Source of the DNA: Gemmatimonadota bacterium
Lineage (GTDB): Bacteria > Gemmatimonadota > Gemmatimonadetes > Gemmatimonadales > GWC2-71-9
Direction: 5' to 3'
NCBI GenBank assembly: GCA_039588295.1
Contig: JBDHAB010000010.1
Location: 1-64,000, forward strand
Length of the DNA: 64,000 nt
Shown: piece by piece, positions 1 through 8,734 of the stretch
Position numbering within the stretch: the first letter of the stretch is position 1
Layout: every line of letters starts with the position of its first letter
The notes under the pieces: generated by a model
Seen by the model: only the letters and a program-made list of their open reading frames with translations
What the model was told of the DNA's origin: nothing
Database searches by the model: none
Made by a program: the position numbers and the translations under genes

Positions 1-333
1 GGGGTTCCGCACCCGAGAGTCTACGGCGCGTTTCCCCGAAAGATCCGCGTGTACGTGTTGGAGAAGGGCATCATCGATCTTGCCAGCGCGATTCGCAGCA
101 TGACGAGCCTGCCGGCGACCGTATTCGGCATCCCAGATCGTGGTCTGATCCAGGTCGGCAAGATCGCGGACCTGGTGGTGTTCGATCTGGACACGATCAC
201 CGACAAGGCCACGTACAGCGATCCGCATCATCTGAGTGAGGGAATGGTCTCCGTCCTGGTGAACGGGCAACTCGCGGTCGATGGCGGTGGGTTCACGGGA
301 ACGTTGGCGGGTCGGGTATTGACGAAACACTGA
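1..333 (+). CDS. N-acyl-D-amino-acid deacylase family amidohydrolase, C-terminal fragment (5' truncated by window)
   Basis: Frame 1 is open from base 1: GVPHPRVYGAFPR...AIRSMTSLPA...DRGLIQVGKIADLVVFD...VLVNG, the same C-terminal signature as the three full-length paralogs in this window. Confidence 0.85.
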   Translation, partial: GVPHPRVYGAFPRKIRVYVLEKGIIDLASAIRSMTSLPATVFGIPDRGLIQVGKIADLVVFDLDTITDKATYSDPHHLSEGMVSVLVNGQLAVDGGGFTGTLAGRVLTKH

Positions 334-433
334 CCTGCCCACGGAGCGCCGCGCTGCGTGTACGGGCGGGGACGGTCCGCACGGCCTGCCTCAACGCTCG
401 AGGGCACGCTACCTTTCCATCGCCACCCGACGC

Positions 434-462
434 GCAACGCTTCCCGTCGCTCGCGCGTCTAA
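434..462 (+). promoter_or_regulatory. Candidate ECF sigma-factor promoter
   Basis: GCAAC (434-438), 17 nt, CGTCTAA (456-462) upstream of the gene at 529; fits the generic AAC-N16/17-CGTC ECF pattern. Confidence 0.35.
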
Positions 463-528
463 CAGGTGAGTTCTGCCCTCCCCCGGTACCCGTCGTTGTG
501 TCTGGGCCCTTCACGGTGAGGCCGTCAC

Positions 529-1833
529 ATGTCCAAGCCATCTCTCAGGTTCTGGCTCGCGGGGACGCTCCTCGCCGTACCGCTCGCCGCACCCGCACAG
601 GAACCGGCGACGGAGCAAGTCCTGGGCGTCTTTCTCGACTGCAACACCTTCTACTGCGACTTCGATCACTTCCGCCGTGAGATCGCGTTCGTCAACTGGG
701 TGCGCGACCGGCAGGACGCCGACGTCCATGTCCTCGTGACCCAGCAGCAGACGGGCGGCGGCGGCTGGGAGCTAACGCTTGCGTTCATTGGCTTGGACGA
801 CTTCGCGGGTCGCGACGACACGCTGCGGTACGTCTCCGACCGGGATGACACAACCGACGAGATTCGTTCAGGCCTCACCGGCACGTTGAAGCTCGGGCTC
901 ATACCGTACATCGCCGGAACGCCGGCGGCCGACCACCTCGTCATTCTCTACCAGCCACCGGCAGAGCAGGCCCAAGCGGCCGCCACTCAGGCGGACGACC
1001 CGTGGAACTTCTGGGTGTTCGAGCTCCGGGCACGCGGCTCGCTCCAGGGCGAAAGCCAGCAACGCTTCTTCAGCGGCAGCGCGTCCGCCGAAGCAAGCCG
1101 AACGACGGACGATCTCAAGATCTCCATCGAAGCGTCCTGGTTCGGCAACCGTCAGGAGTTCGATCTCGTCGACACGCTGGCCGGTCTCGATACGACGATC
1201 ATCAGCACCCGGAACTCGTATGAGCTCGAGGGTTTGTCGGTCTGGAGCCTCGATCCCCACTGGTCGGCCGGCGTGCAGGCCTCCGCGAGTCGGTCGACCG
1301 TCGTGAACCAGGATCTTGCCCTGCGGGGCGGGCCGGCGATCGAATACAACATCTTTCCGTACAGTGAGTCTACCCGCCGTCAATTGACGCTGCGATACTC
1401 AGTTGGCGTGGCGGTGTTCGACTACAATGAGGTCACGATCTTCGACAAGACATCGGAGGTGCGGCCGACCCACAACTTGCGCGTCGGCCTATCCGTCACG
1501 CAGCCGTGGGGAAACGTGTTCACTTCGCTGAATGCGTTTCAGTACCTCAACGATCTGTCGAAACACTCGGTTTCGCTCTTCGGGAGCGTCAATTTCCGCG
1601 TGTTCCGGGGCTTGAGCCTCAACATGTTCGGCAGCGTCGCACGGATCAAGGATCAGCTGTTTCTTTCGCGAGTCGGACTCACACCCGAGGAGATCCTGCT
1701 GCGGCAACGACAGCGGGAAACGGACTTTCGATACGACATCAGCATCGGCCTCAGTTATCGGTTCGGATCGCGGTTCAACAACGTCGTCAACCCCCGCATG
1801 GGCGGCGGCGGCGGAGTGATTATCATGATGTGA
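529..1833 (+). CDS. Exported hypothetical protein, probable outer-membrane beta-barrel (paralog 1)
   Basis: Signal peptide ending APA-Q; N-domain VFLDCNTFYCDFDHFRREI; low-complexity linker; DDPWNFWVF followed by amphipathic strands; C-terminal YRFGSRFNNVVNPRM. Confidence 0.7.
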   Translation: MSKPSLRFWLAGTLLAVPLAAPAQEPATEQVLGVFLDCNTFYCDFDHFRREIAFVNWVRDRQDADVHVLVTQQQTGGGGWELTLAFIGLDDFAGRDDTLRYVSDRDDTTDEIRSGLTGTLKLGLIPYIAGTPAADHLVILYQPPAEQAQAAATQADDPWNFWVFELRARGSLQGESQQRFFSGSASAEASRTTDDLKISIEASWFGNRQEFDLVDTLAGLDTTIISTRNSYELEGLSVWSLDPHWSAGVQASASRSTVVNQDLALRGGPAIEYNIFPYSESTRRQLTLRYSVGVAVFDYNEVTIFDKTSEVRPTHNLRVGLSVTQPWGNVFTSLNAFQYLNDLSKHSVSLFGSVNFRVFRGLSLNMFGSVARIKDQLFLSRVGLTPEEILLRQRQRETDFRYDISIGLSYRFGSRFNNVVNPRMGGGGGVIIMM

Positions 1834-1880
1834 CAGATGGCCCGTGACCGACGCGGTATGGCCTTTGACCTGCAGGGGAA

Positions 1881-3176
1881 ATGAAGAGACACAACGTGAT
1901 CTTGAGCGTTGCGGCGGCCGCCTGTGTCGCCCCGCTGACCGCGGTCGTCGGGCAGGAGACGCCGGATTCAGTGCCGACGCAAACGAATGGCACGCTTACC
2001 GTCTTCCTGGACTGTCATACGCGGGGCTGTGACTTCGACCATTTCCGACGTGAGATCACGTTCGTCAGTTGGGTACGGGATCGTCAGGACGCCGATGTGC
2101 ACATCCTCGTCACCGCACAACGGACCGGTGCCGGCGGCACCGAGCTCACGATCAACCTGATGGGCCTCAGGGATTTCGAGGGACAGGAATCGACCCTCCA
2201 ATACATCTCGAGTCCCGACGACACGCGCGACGAGTTCCGAGACGGGTTCACCAGAATGTTGCAGCTCGGGTTGGCATCCTATGCGGCCAACACGCCTGCG
2301 GGCGGGCAGCTCAGCGTGGTGTACGCGCCACTGGACGACATGGACCTCCCCAGCTCCGGTCCCTCGGACGATCCGTGGAACTTCTGGGTGTTCCGTGTCG
2401 GACTCCGGGGCTCGGTCGAAGGCGAGAGCCAGGAGCGTTTCTTGTCCGGCAACGCCTCCTTCTCGGCGAGTCGGGTCACTGAGAGTCTCAAGCTCATCTT
2501 CTCCGCGCGCGCAAACGGCGACCGCTCCGAGTTCGACGTGGTGGATACGGTCGAAGGCCTCGATACGACGTTTGTCAGCACCCGGACGAGCTATAATTTC
2601 GATGCGGAGTCGATCTGGAGCCTCGGCCCAAACTGGTCGGCGGGAGTGATGGCGGAGGTTGACCGTATCAGCACGCTCAATTGGGATCTGGCCGTGCGTG
2701 GTGGTCCCGCCCTGGAGTACAACATCTTCCCCTACGCCGAATCGACGCGGCGGAGTCTGACGTTCACCTACACGCTCGGCGTGGCGTTCTTCGACTACGA
2801 AGAGGAGACGATCTTCGATCAGCTTTCCGAGCTTCGCCCGGCCCACAACTTCGAGATCGATGTCGGAGTACAGCAGCCCTGGGGATCGGTGCACGGCTCA
2901 GTCGAGGCGTTTCAGTACCTTCACGATCTGGGTCGACACAGCCTGACGCTGGATGGGGGCATCAACGTCCGAGTGTTCCGCGGCCTCGAGTTCAATACCG
3001 GTGGAGAAATAGCTCGGATCAAGGACCAGCTCTATCTGTCGAAGGCGGGGTTGACTCCGGAGGAAATTCTCCTGCGGCAACGCTCTCGAGGCACCGACTT
3101 TCGGTTCCACCTCAGCGTCGGATTCAGCTATCGGTTCGGCTCCAAGTTCAACAACGTCGTGAATCCGAGGATGTAG
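1881..3176 (+). CDS. Exported hypothetical protein, probable outer-membrane beta-barrel (paralog 2)
   Basis: Colinear with 529..1833 and shares blocks CDFDHFRREI, WVRDRQDADVH, DDPWNFWVF, EYNIFPY, RIKDQL, GLTPEEILLRQR, FNNVVNPRM. Confidence 0.7.
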   Translation: MKRHNVILSVAAAACVAPLTAVVGQETPDSVPTQTNGTLTVFLDCHTRGCDFDHFRREITFVSWVRDRQDADVHILVTAQRTGAGGTELTINLMGLRDFEGQESTLQYISSPDDTRDEFRDGFTRMLQLGLASYAANTPAGGQLSVVYAPLDDMDLPSSGPSDDPWNFWVFRVGLRGSVEGESQERFLSGNASFSASRVTESLKLIFSARANGDRSEFDVVDTVEGLDTTFVSTRTSYNFDAESIWSLGPNWSAGVMAEVDRISTLNWDLAVRGGPALEYNIFPYAESTRRSLTFTYTLGVAFFDYEEETIFDQLSELRPAHNFEIDVGVQQPWGSVHGSVEAFQYLHDLGRHSLTLDGGINVRVFRGLEFNTGGEIARIKDQLYLSKAGLTPEEILLRQRSRGTDFRFHLSVGFSYRFGSKFNNVVNPRM

Positions 3177-3197
3177 CGATCGAGTATCTTTGCGTGT

Positions 3198-3644
3198 ATG
3201 TCTGAACCATCCGCCGGGACTCTGCAAGCCATCTGGATCAAGCGTGCCCATCGTGGCCCCATGGACGCCGCCCAGCAGGCGTCGCTCAAAGGCGGCTCCG
3301 GGATCGTCGGCAACGCCGACCAGGGTGGTGCGCGTCAAGTAACGCTTATCGAGCGTGAGATTTGGGATGAGGTTTCCCGCGCCTTGCGTGCCACCGTCGA
3401 GCCGGTGATGCGCCGAGCCAACCTGCTCGTATCCGGCGTCAGGCTGGCCGACGCAGGTGGGCGAGTCCTTCGAGTCGGCGCCTGTCGCATCCGGATACGC
3501 GGTGAGACGAAGCCATGCGAGCGCATGGACGAGGCGTGCGAGGGACTCCACGCGGCGCTCGCCCCGCGCTGGGGCGGTGGCGCCTATGGCGAAGTGCTGG
3601 ACGACGGCGAGATTACCGTAGGTGACGTCGTACACTGGGAGTAA
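3198..3644 (+). CDS. MOSC domain-containing protein
   Basis: [23 protein letters not shown] (conserved Cys), GEITVGD. Confidence 0.85.
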   Translation: MSEPSAGTLQAIWIKRAHRGPMDAAQQASLKGGSGIVGNADQGGARQVTLIEREIWDEVSRALRATVEPVMRRANLLVSGVRLADAGGRVLRVGACRIRIRGETKPCERMDEACEGLHAALAPRWGGGAYGEVLDDGEITVGDVVHWE

Positions 3645-3711
3645 CCCGATCTCCGCCCCAAGCCACACTTCCCGGTACCCATCACTGTTCACCAATCACC
3701 CAACCACTGAG

Positions 3712-4119
3712 ATGCCCAAGAAGACTCCGAAATCAGACGACGACTGGCGCCGCGAGCTGACGCCCGAGCAGTACCGCGTGACCCGGGAGAAGGGGACGGA
3801 GCCCCCGTTCTCCGGCCGGTACGTGGATTCCAAGCAGGACGGCGTATATCGATGCGTCTGCTGTGGCGCAACGCTCTTCGACGCCGAGGCCAAGTTCGAT
3901 TCGGGGACGGGGTGGCCCAGTTTCTGGGCCCCGGCCGACGGAGAATCAGTGCGCACGGAAGCCGACCACAGCCTGTTCATGCGTCGAACGGAGGTCGTCT
4001 GCGCGGGGTGCGATGCGCACCTCGGCCACGTGTTCGACGACGGGCCGCAGCCGACCGGTAAGCGCTATTGCATCAACTCCGTCGCGCTGACCCTGGACCC
4101 GAAAGACGACGACACATAG
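3712..4119 (+). CDS. msrB: Peptide-methionine (R)-S-oxide reductase MsrB
   Basis: [22 protein letters not shown] and CAGC zinc ligands, [27 protein letters not shown]. Start moved to ATG 3712. Confidence 0.97.
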   Translation: MPKKTPKSDDDWRRELTPEQYRVTREKGTEPPFSGRYVDSKQDGVYRCVCCGATLFDAEAKFDSGTGWPSFWAPADGESVRTEADHSLFMRRTEVVCAGCDAHLGHVFDDGPQPTGKRYCINSVALTLDPKDDDT

Positions 4120-4141
4120 CCGCCCGAGGCCGTGGGGTACC

Positions 4142-5110
4142 GTGCTCATCTACACGGACAACGTCGAGTTCATCTCGCAGTTCTTTCCCAGTCGGCCGGC
4201 CGACTGGGCGACGTCGCCGTCCATCCCGAACAAAGCCGTTGGCCGACTCGTCGAGCGGTTGTTGGGCGACAGGACGGTGTACGCCAGCGAGGCACCCAGC
4301 GCAGCCAGCTGGACGCACCTCGTGGCAGCTGAAACCGCGCCGCGCTCCCAGTACGACGTCTTGGTGAGCCTCGGTCAGCAAGGAACCGGGCTCCCGGACG
4401 GAGTCCTCTGTCTTGCCGGAACCGGGCACGGGTTCCACGGCTTCCATGCTCGGCCCTGGTCGGTCTCGGCTGGAAACATCCATCTGTCCGTTCGGGTCAC
4501 GCCTCCACCCCGAGCCGGACGGCCGCCGGTCTGCTTCATTGCACTCGCGGCTGTGTCGGTCGTCGACGCCATCGACGCGACCCCGGGACTCGAGCGGCAA
4601 GCCGGAATCAAGTGGGTCAACGACATCCTCATTGAGGACGCGAAGGTCTGCGGAATCCTCGCGCACACGGAGGGACTGACCAGAGGTATCTCGGCGGCGG
4701 TCATGGGTATCGGCTTGAATGTGGAGACCACGCCCACGGTTCCGCCAACCCCGTTCGTGCCGCGGGTCGGGTCGTTGCGCGAGTTCATGCCCGATCCAGC
4801 TGGCTGCAGCGTGGGTCGCGCCCTCGCCGCGCTCCTCGCGGCGCTCGACCGCAACTACCAACGACTGGCTTCAGGAGACGATGCGGGCGTGCTCCGCCGA
4901 TATCGCGACCGGTCGATAGTGGTCGGCCGCGAGGTGGCGGTGTGTTCGGAGCAGTCGGGCAGCAACCCCGTCGCCCGAGGGAGGGTGATCGGGCTGGGCG
5001 AGCACCTCGAGTTGCTCATCGAGGGACACGAACGGCCGTTCTTCAGCGGGCGGCTCGTGCTGGATCCCGCGAACGCTGGTCCGGACACGATCGGGAACTC
5101 GACCGCATAA
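4142..5110 (+). CDS. Biotin-protein ligase (BPL/BirA catalytic domain), divergent, no HTH repressor domain evident
   Basis: IKWVNDILI (KWPND-like), KVCGIL, GIGLNV, C-terminal SH3-like segment; lies directly upstream of a biotin-dependent decarboxylase operon. Confidence 0.8.
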   Translation: MLIYTDNVEFISQFFPSRPADWATSPSIPNKAVGRLVERLLGDRTVYASEAPSAASWTHLVAAETAPRSQYDVLVSLGQQGTGLPDGVLCLAGTGHGFHGFHARPWSVSAGNIHLSVRVTPPPRAGRPPVCFIALAAVSVVDAIDATPGLERQAGIKWVNDILIEDAKVCGILAHTEGLTRGISAAVMGIGLNVETTPTVPPTPFVPRVGSLREFMPDPAGCSVGRALAALLAALDRNYQRLASGDDAGVLRRYRDRSIVVGREVAVCSEQSGSNPVARGRVIGLGEHLELLIEGHERPFFSGRLVLDPANAGPDTIGNSTA

Positions 5111-5195
5111 CGCCGGGTGCGACGGGCGATCCGCCGTGTGCCCCGTATGCGGACTGGGACTGCCGCCCGCGCCAGTTGCGCGGAATCGGCATTTG

Positions 5196-5240
5196 GTGCC
5201 TATTTGAGCGGGGTGTGATAAGCAGTACGGGCAATGGCAC
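5196..5240 (+). promoter_or_regulatory. Candidate Na+-sensing (DUF1646-type) riboswitch aptamer in the oadG leader
   Basis: Outer stem GTGCC(5196-5200)/GGCAC(5236-5240) enclosing GGGGTG-TGATAAGCAG-TAC-GGG; competing pairing of GGCACG with CGTGCC (5266-5271) beside the SD GGGAGG. Match to the riboswitch class is from memory and context, not from a covariance search. Confidence 0.55.
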
Positions 5241-5282
5241 GGCCCTTCCCTGACCTGTCTCGGCTCGTGCCTGGGAGGTGAT

Positions 5283-5495
5283 ATGGGTTCGCCCGATGTG
5301 CTCCTCGTCTGCGTTTCCGCGTTCGTAGCCGTGTTCCTTCTCCTCTCTGTGCTGGCGCTCGTCATGCGCACCCTGATCGCCGTGTTCCCAGGGCACTTGA
5401 AATCGACCGACGCAGCCGTGCTCGCCGCGATAGGAGCCGCCGTCGCCGCCGCCCACCCTGGTACCAAGATCACGAGAATCCAGGAGACACCATGA
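5283..5495 (+). CDS. oadG: Na+-transporting decarboxylase gamma subunit (OadG-like)
   Basis: 70 aa, one N-terminal TM helix, DAAVLAAIGAAVAA motif, strong SD, ATGA overlap with the alpha subunit. Confidence 0.75.
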   Translation: MGSPDVLLVCVSAFVAVFLLLSVLALVMRTLIAVFPGHLKSTDAAVLAAIGAAVAAAHPGTKITRIQETP

Positions 5496-7357
5496 TCTTC
5501 ACCGAGACCCCACGGAAGATCCGGGTGATGTTCACACCGTTCCGGGACGGGTTGCAGAGCTCCTTCGGCGGCAAGGTCCGACTCACCGACTTCCTGCCAG
5601 CCATGGAAGCATCTGCCGGAGCCGGCATTCGGCACTTCGAGTTCGGTGGTGGGGCTCGGTTCCAGGCCCCGCTCTTCTATCTCGGAGAGGACCCGTTCGA
5701 GGATATGGAGAAGATGCGGAGCGCGGTGGGGCCGGACGTCGACCTCCAGATCTTGACGCGGTCGGTCTCCGGGGTCACCCTCACGACCCAGTCTCCCGAG
5801 GGATTGCAGCTGCAGGCCAAGCTCATGAAGGCAAGCGGCACGACGTGGGACCGCAACTTCGACTACATGAACGATGTGCGGAACCTGGTGAACACCGGCA
5901 AACCGATCGTCGATGCAGGCATGCACCATCAAGTCTGCATCGCACTCATGGGACTGCCATTCCACTCGGACCGGGTCCACACCCCGGCGTTCTATGTCGA
6001 CATTGGCCGGCGGATGCTGGAGAGTGGGGTGCGCATCGACAGCATCTGCTTGAAGGACGCGAGCGGCACGACCGACCCCAAGACGATCTACGACACCGCC
6101 ATCGGGCTCAAGAAGATCATGCCGCCTGAGATGCCGCTCTGGATGCACACGCACGACACCGCCAGCACGGCGGTCGCCTGCTACATGGCCGCCATTGCGG
6201 GCGGTGCGGACGGCGTCGATGTATCGGTGCGACCCTTGGCGAGTGGCACCGTACAGCCGGATGCCCGCTCGCTGGCTCACGCACTCAAGGGAACTGGCTA
6301 CTCGCTCGATCTCGACGTGGGCAAGCTGGCGGAGATCGAGAACATGATGGTGGAGCTGCTCAGCGAGTACGCCTTCAACCCGACCACGACGACACCCGAC
6401 GCTCGGGTGTTGGGCTTCCCCATGCCGGGAGGAGCGATCGGGCCAAACGTCCACATGATGGAGAAGGCCGGAATTCTCGATCGGTACAGCGAAGTCCTGG
6501 CAGAGTTTCCGGTGGTGGTCGAGGCGGGCGGCGCTTGGACGAGCGTCACGCCAGGGAGCCAACAGTACTGGCTGCAGGCGTTCAACAACGTCTTGTACGG
6601 GCGTTGGAAGAAGATCGACCCCGGCTATGGTAAGGCCGTGCTCGGGTACTTCGGCAAGACACCGCTCGCGCCCGATCCCGAGGTCGTGAAGCACGCCTCC
6701 GAGCAGCTCGACATGCCGGTCTTCGAAGGAGACCCATTGGAGGCGGCACCCAAGAACATTGGCCCGGCCACGAAGGCGTTGGAGGAACGCGGCCTCCCAG
6801 TGAACGACCGTAATGTCTTCCTCGTGCTCGCTTCGATGGTGCCCAACAAGAAGATGGAAGTCAACGAGGGAATCAGGCTCCTCACCGGCAAGGCGAAAAT
6901 CGACGTTCCGCTGAAGAAGCGGGCGGAGCTCACGCCTCCGGCAGTCGCGCCGGCGCCAGCGCCAGCCGTCACGCCGGCGTTCACCGGGCCGATCACGTCG
7001 CGGTGCACGGTCGAGGAAAACGGCACCAAGCGCCAGTTCGTCATCACACTCGAGCCGGCCTCTGGGGCTGCCACCAGCACCGTCGCCACTCCTGCACCCG
7101 TCGCCACTGCCACCGCAGCCCCTCTGGCGGCGGCGCAGGGCACACGCGTGTACTCAACGTTCGCCGGTGCCGTCGACATCGTGGACATCCGCGTCAAGGT
7201 CGGGGACCGGGTGAGGGTCGGCAGTGTGCTTGCCCAGGTCGAGGCCATGAAGGCCACGCACGACATCAAGTCGCCGTGCGATGGGACCGTGGCGGAGATC
7301 GGAGTGCAGATCGGCGACGAGATCGATTCCACCAAGCCACTGATGACCATCGCCTGA
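5492..7357 (+). CDS. oadA: Oxaloacetate decarboxylase alpha subunit (carboxyltransferase + biotin carrier)
   Basis: FRDGLQS, FGGGARFQ, ICLKDASG, MHTHDT, PMPGGA, SVTPGSQ; Pro/Ala-rich linkers; C-terminal biotinyl domain VEAMKAT. Confidence 0.88.
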   Translation: MIFTETPRKIRVMFTPFRDGLQSSFGGKVRLTDFLPAMEASAGAGIRHFEFGGGARFQAPLFYLGEDPFEDMEKMRSAVGPDVDLQILTRSVSGVTLTTQSPEGLQLQAKLMKASGTTWDRNFDYMNDVRNLVNTGKPIVDAGMHHQVCIALMGLPFHSDRVHTPAFYVDIGRRMLESGVRIDSICLKDASGTTDPKTIYDTAIGLKKIMPPEMPLWMHTHDTASTAVACYMAAIAGGADGVDVSVRPLASGTVQPDARSLAHALKGTGYSLDLDVGKLAEIENMMVELLSEYAFNPTTTTPDARVLGFPMPGGAIGPNVHMMEKAGILDRYSEVLAEFPVVVEAGGAWTSVTPGSQQYWLQAFNNVLYGRWKKIDPGYGKAVLGYFGKTPLAPDPEVVKHASEQLDMPVFEGDPLEAAPKNIGPATKALEERGLPVNDRNVFLVLASMVPNKKMEVNEGIRLLTGKAKIDVPLKKRAELTPPAVAPAPAPAVTPAFTGPITSRCTVEENGTKRQFVITLEPASGAATSTVATPAPVATATAAPLAAAQGTRVYSTFAGAVDIVDIRVKVGDRVRVGSVLAQVEAMKATHDIKSPCDGTVAEIGVQIGDEIDSTKPLMTIA

Positions 7358-7366
7358 GGGGCGGGC

Positions 7367-8488
7367 ATGGATACGGTGGCTGAGCTGCTGCGGCAGTCGG
7401 GGCTCGCCAATCTGAGCCTCGGCAACGTCGCGATGTTCGTCATCGCCGGCGTACTCATCTACCTCGCGATTGCCAGGCAATACGAGCCGCTCCTGTTGAT
7501 CCCCATCGGGTTCGGGGCGGCGCTGGCCAACCTGCCGCTGGCCGGCATGGGCTCGTACGGCGAAGGTATCATCGCCCTCATCTACGAGTCCGGGATCAGA
7601 ACCGAGCTGCTTCCCCCACTCATCTTCCTCGGGGTGGGAGCGCTCACCGACTTCCGCCCGCTGCTGGGGCGACCGCTCACGTTCCTGCTCGGCGCGGCGG
7701 CGCAACTCGGCATCTTTGCGGCGGCGTTGATCGCAGCGACAGTGCTGGGCTTCACACCTCAAGAAGCAGGGTCCATCGGCATCATCGGTGGGGCGGACGG
7801 ACCGACGACGATCTTCCTTGCCTCCCAGCTGGCCCCTCACCTGCTTGGCCCCGTCGCCGTCGCGGCGTACAGCTACATGTCGCTGGTTCCCATTATCCAG
7901 CCACCGATCATGCGGCTGTTGACCACACGGGCGGAGCGTGAGATCGACATGCCGCAGGCCATTCCGGTCTCGAGGACCGCCGTCATCCTCTTCCCCGTCG
8001 TCACGGGCATTCTGACCTCACTGGCGGTTCCGGCCAGCGCACCGCTCATCGGGATGCTGATGTTCGGCAACCTCCTTCGAGAGTCTGGTGTGACGGAGCG
8101 TCTGCGCAAGACGGCGGGCGGTTCGCTCATCGACATCGTGACCTTGTTCCTGGGCATTGCGGTGGGCGCGACGATGGACGCGGAGCACTTCCTCAACCTC
8201 CGCACGATCCTGATCTTGGTGCTCGGTGCCGTCGCGTTCTCGTTCAGTACAGCCGGTGGGATCGTCTTCGCCAAGATCCTCAATCTATTCCTGCGCCGGA
8301 AGATCAATCCGTGCATCGGCGCGGCCGGCGTCTCGGCCGTGCCTATGTCGGCAAGGGTAGTCCAGCGGTTCGTGTCGGACTCGACGGACGGTCGGGTGAA
8401 TCCCCTCATGCCGGCGATGGGGCCAAACGTTGCTGGCGTGATCGGCTCGGCGGTCGCCGCCGGCGTCTTCCTCACCCTGTTGGGCTGA
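7367..8488 (+). CDS. oadB: Na+-translocating decarboxylase beta subunit
   Basis: YEPLLLIPIGFG, LIFLGVGALTDF, IGIIGGADGPT, AVAAYSYMSLVP, GAAGVSAVPMSAR, AMGPNVAGVIGS. Confidence 0.96.
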   Translation: MDTVAELLRQSGLANLSLGNVAMFVIAGVLIYLAIARQYEPLLLIPIGFGAALANLPLAGMGSYGEGIIALIYESGIRTELLPPLIFLGVGALTDFRPLLGRPLTFLLGAAAQLGIFAAALIAATVLGFTPQEAGSIGIIGGADGPTTIFLASQLAPHLLGPVAVAAYSYMSLVPIIQPPIMRLLTTRAEREIDMPQAIPVSRTAVILFPVVTGILTSLAVPASAPLIGMLMFGNLLRESGVTERLRKTAGGSLIDIVTLFLGIAVGATMDAEHFLNLRTILILVLGAVAFSFSTAGGIVFAKILNLFLRRKINPCIGAAGVSAVPMSARVVQRFVSDSTDGRVNPLMPAMGPNVAGVIGSAVAAGVFLTLLG

Positions 8489-8734
8489 CTCCGAAACGCT
8501 CGGCTCCGGCCAACGCCGTCGGCACTGCCATCTGCTCGCCACTACAACATCTATGAAGGCCCTTTCAATGGGTTTTCTACAACCCATCAGACGGCCGGAC
8601 GTATTCTGATGTCTTGCGCTGCGCTGAGGATCCGCGATTCGGATCTCGCCGCGCATGTGGGGGTCTGAGGGATGCCGGTCGGTCGGTGCCCGCACGATGC
8701 ACCGGTCGATACCGCGAACGGGAGGGGTGATTCC

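Noticed and set aside
3712..4119. Selenocysteine-containing MsrB
   Set aside because: The catalytic residue in RYCINS is encoded by TGC and there is no in-frame TGA.
4871..6694. Long antisense ORFs (this 607-aa one, also 19147..20577, 46140..47462, 27671..28933 and similar)
   Set aside because: They lie opposite well-supported genes, are Arg/Gly/His-rich without motifs, and are expected shadows of high-GC codon usage.
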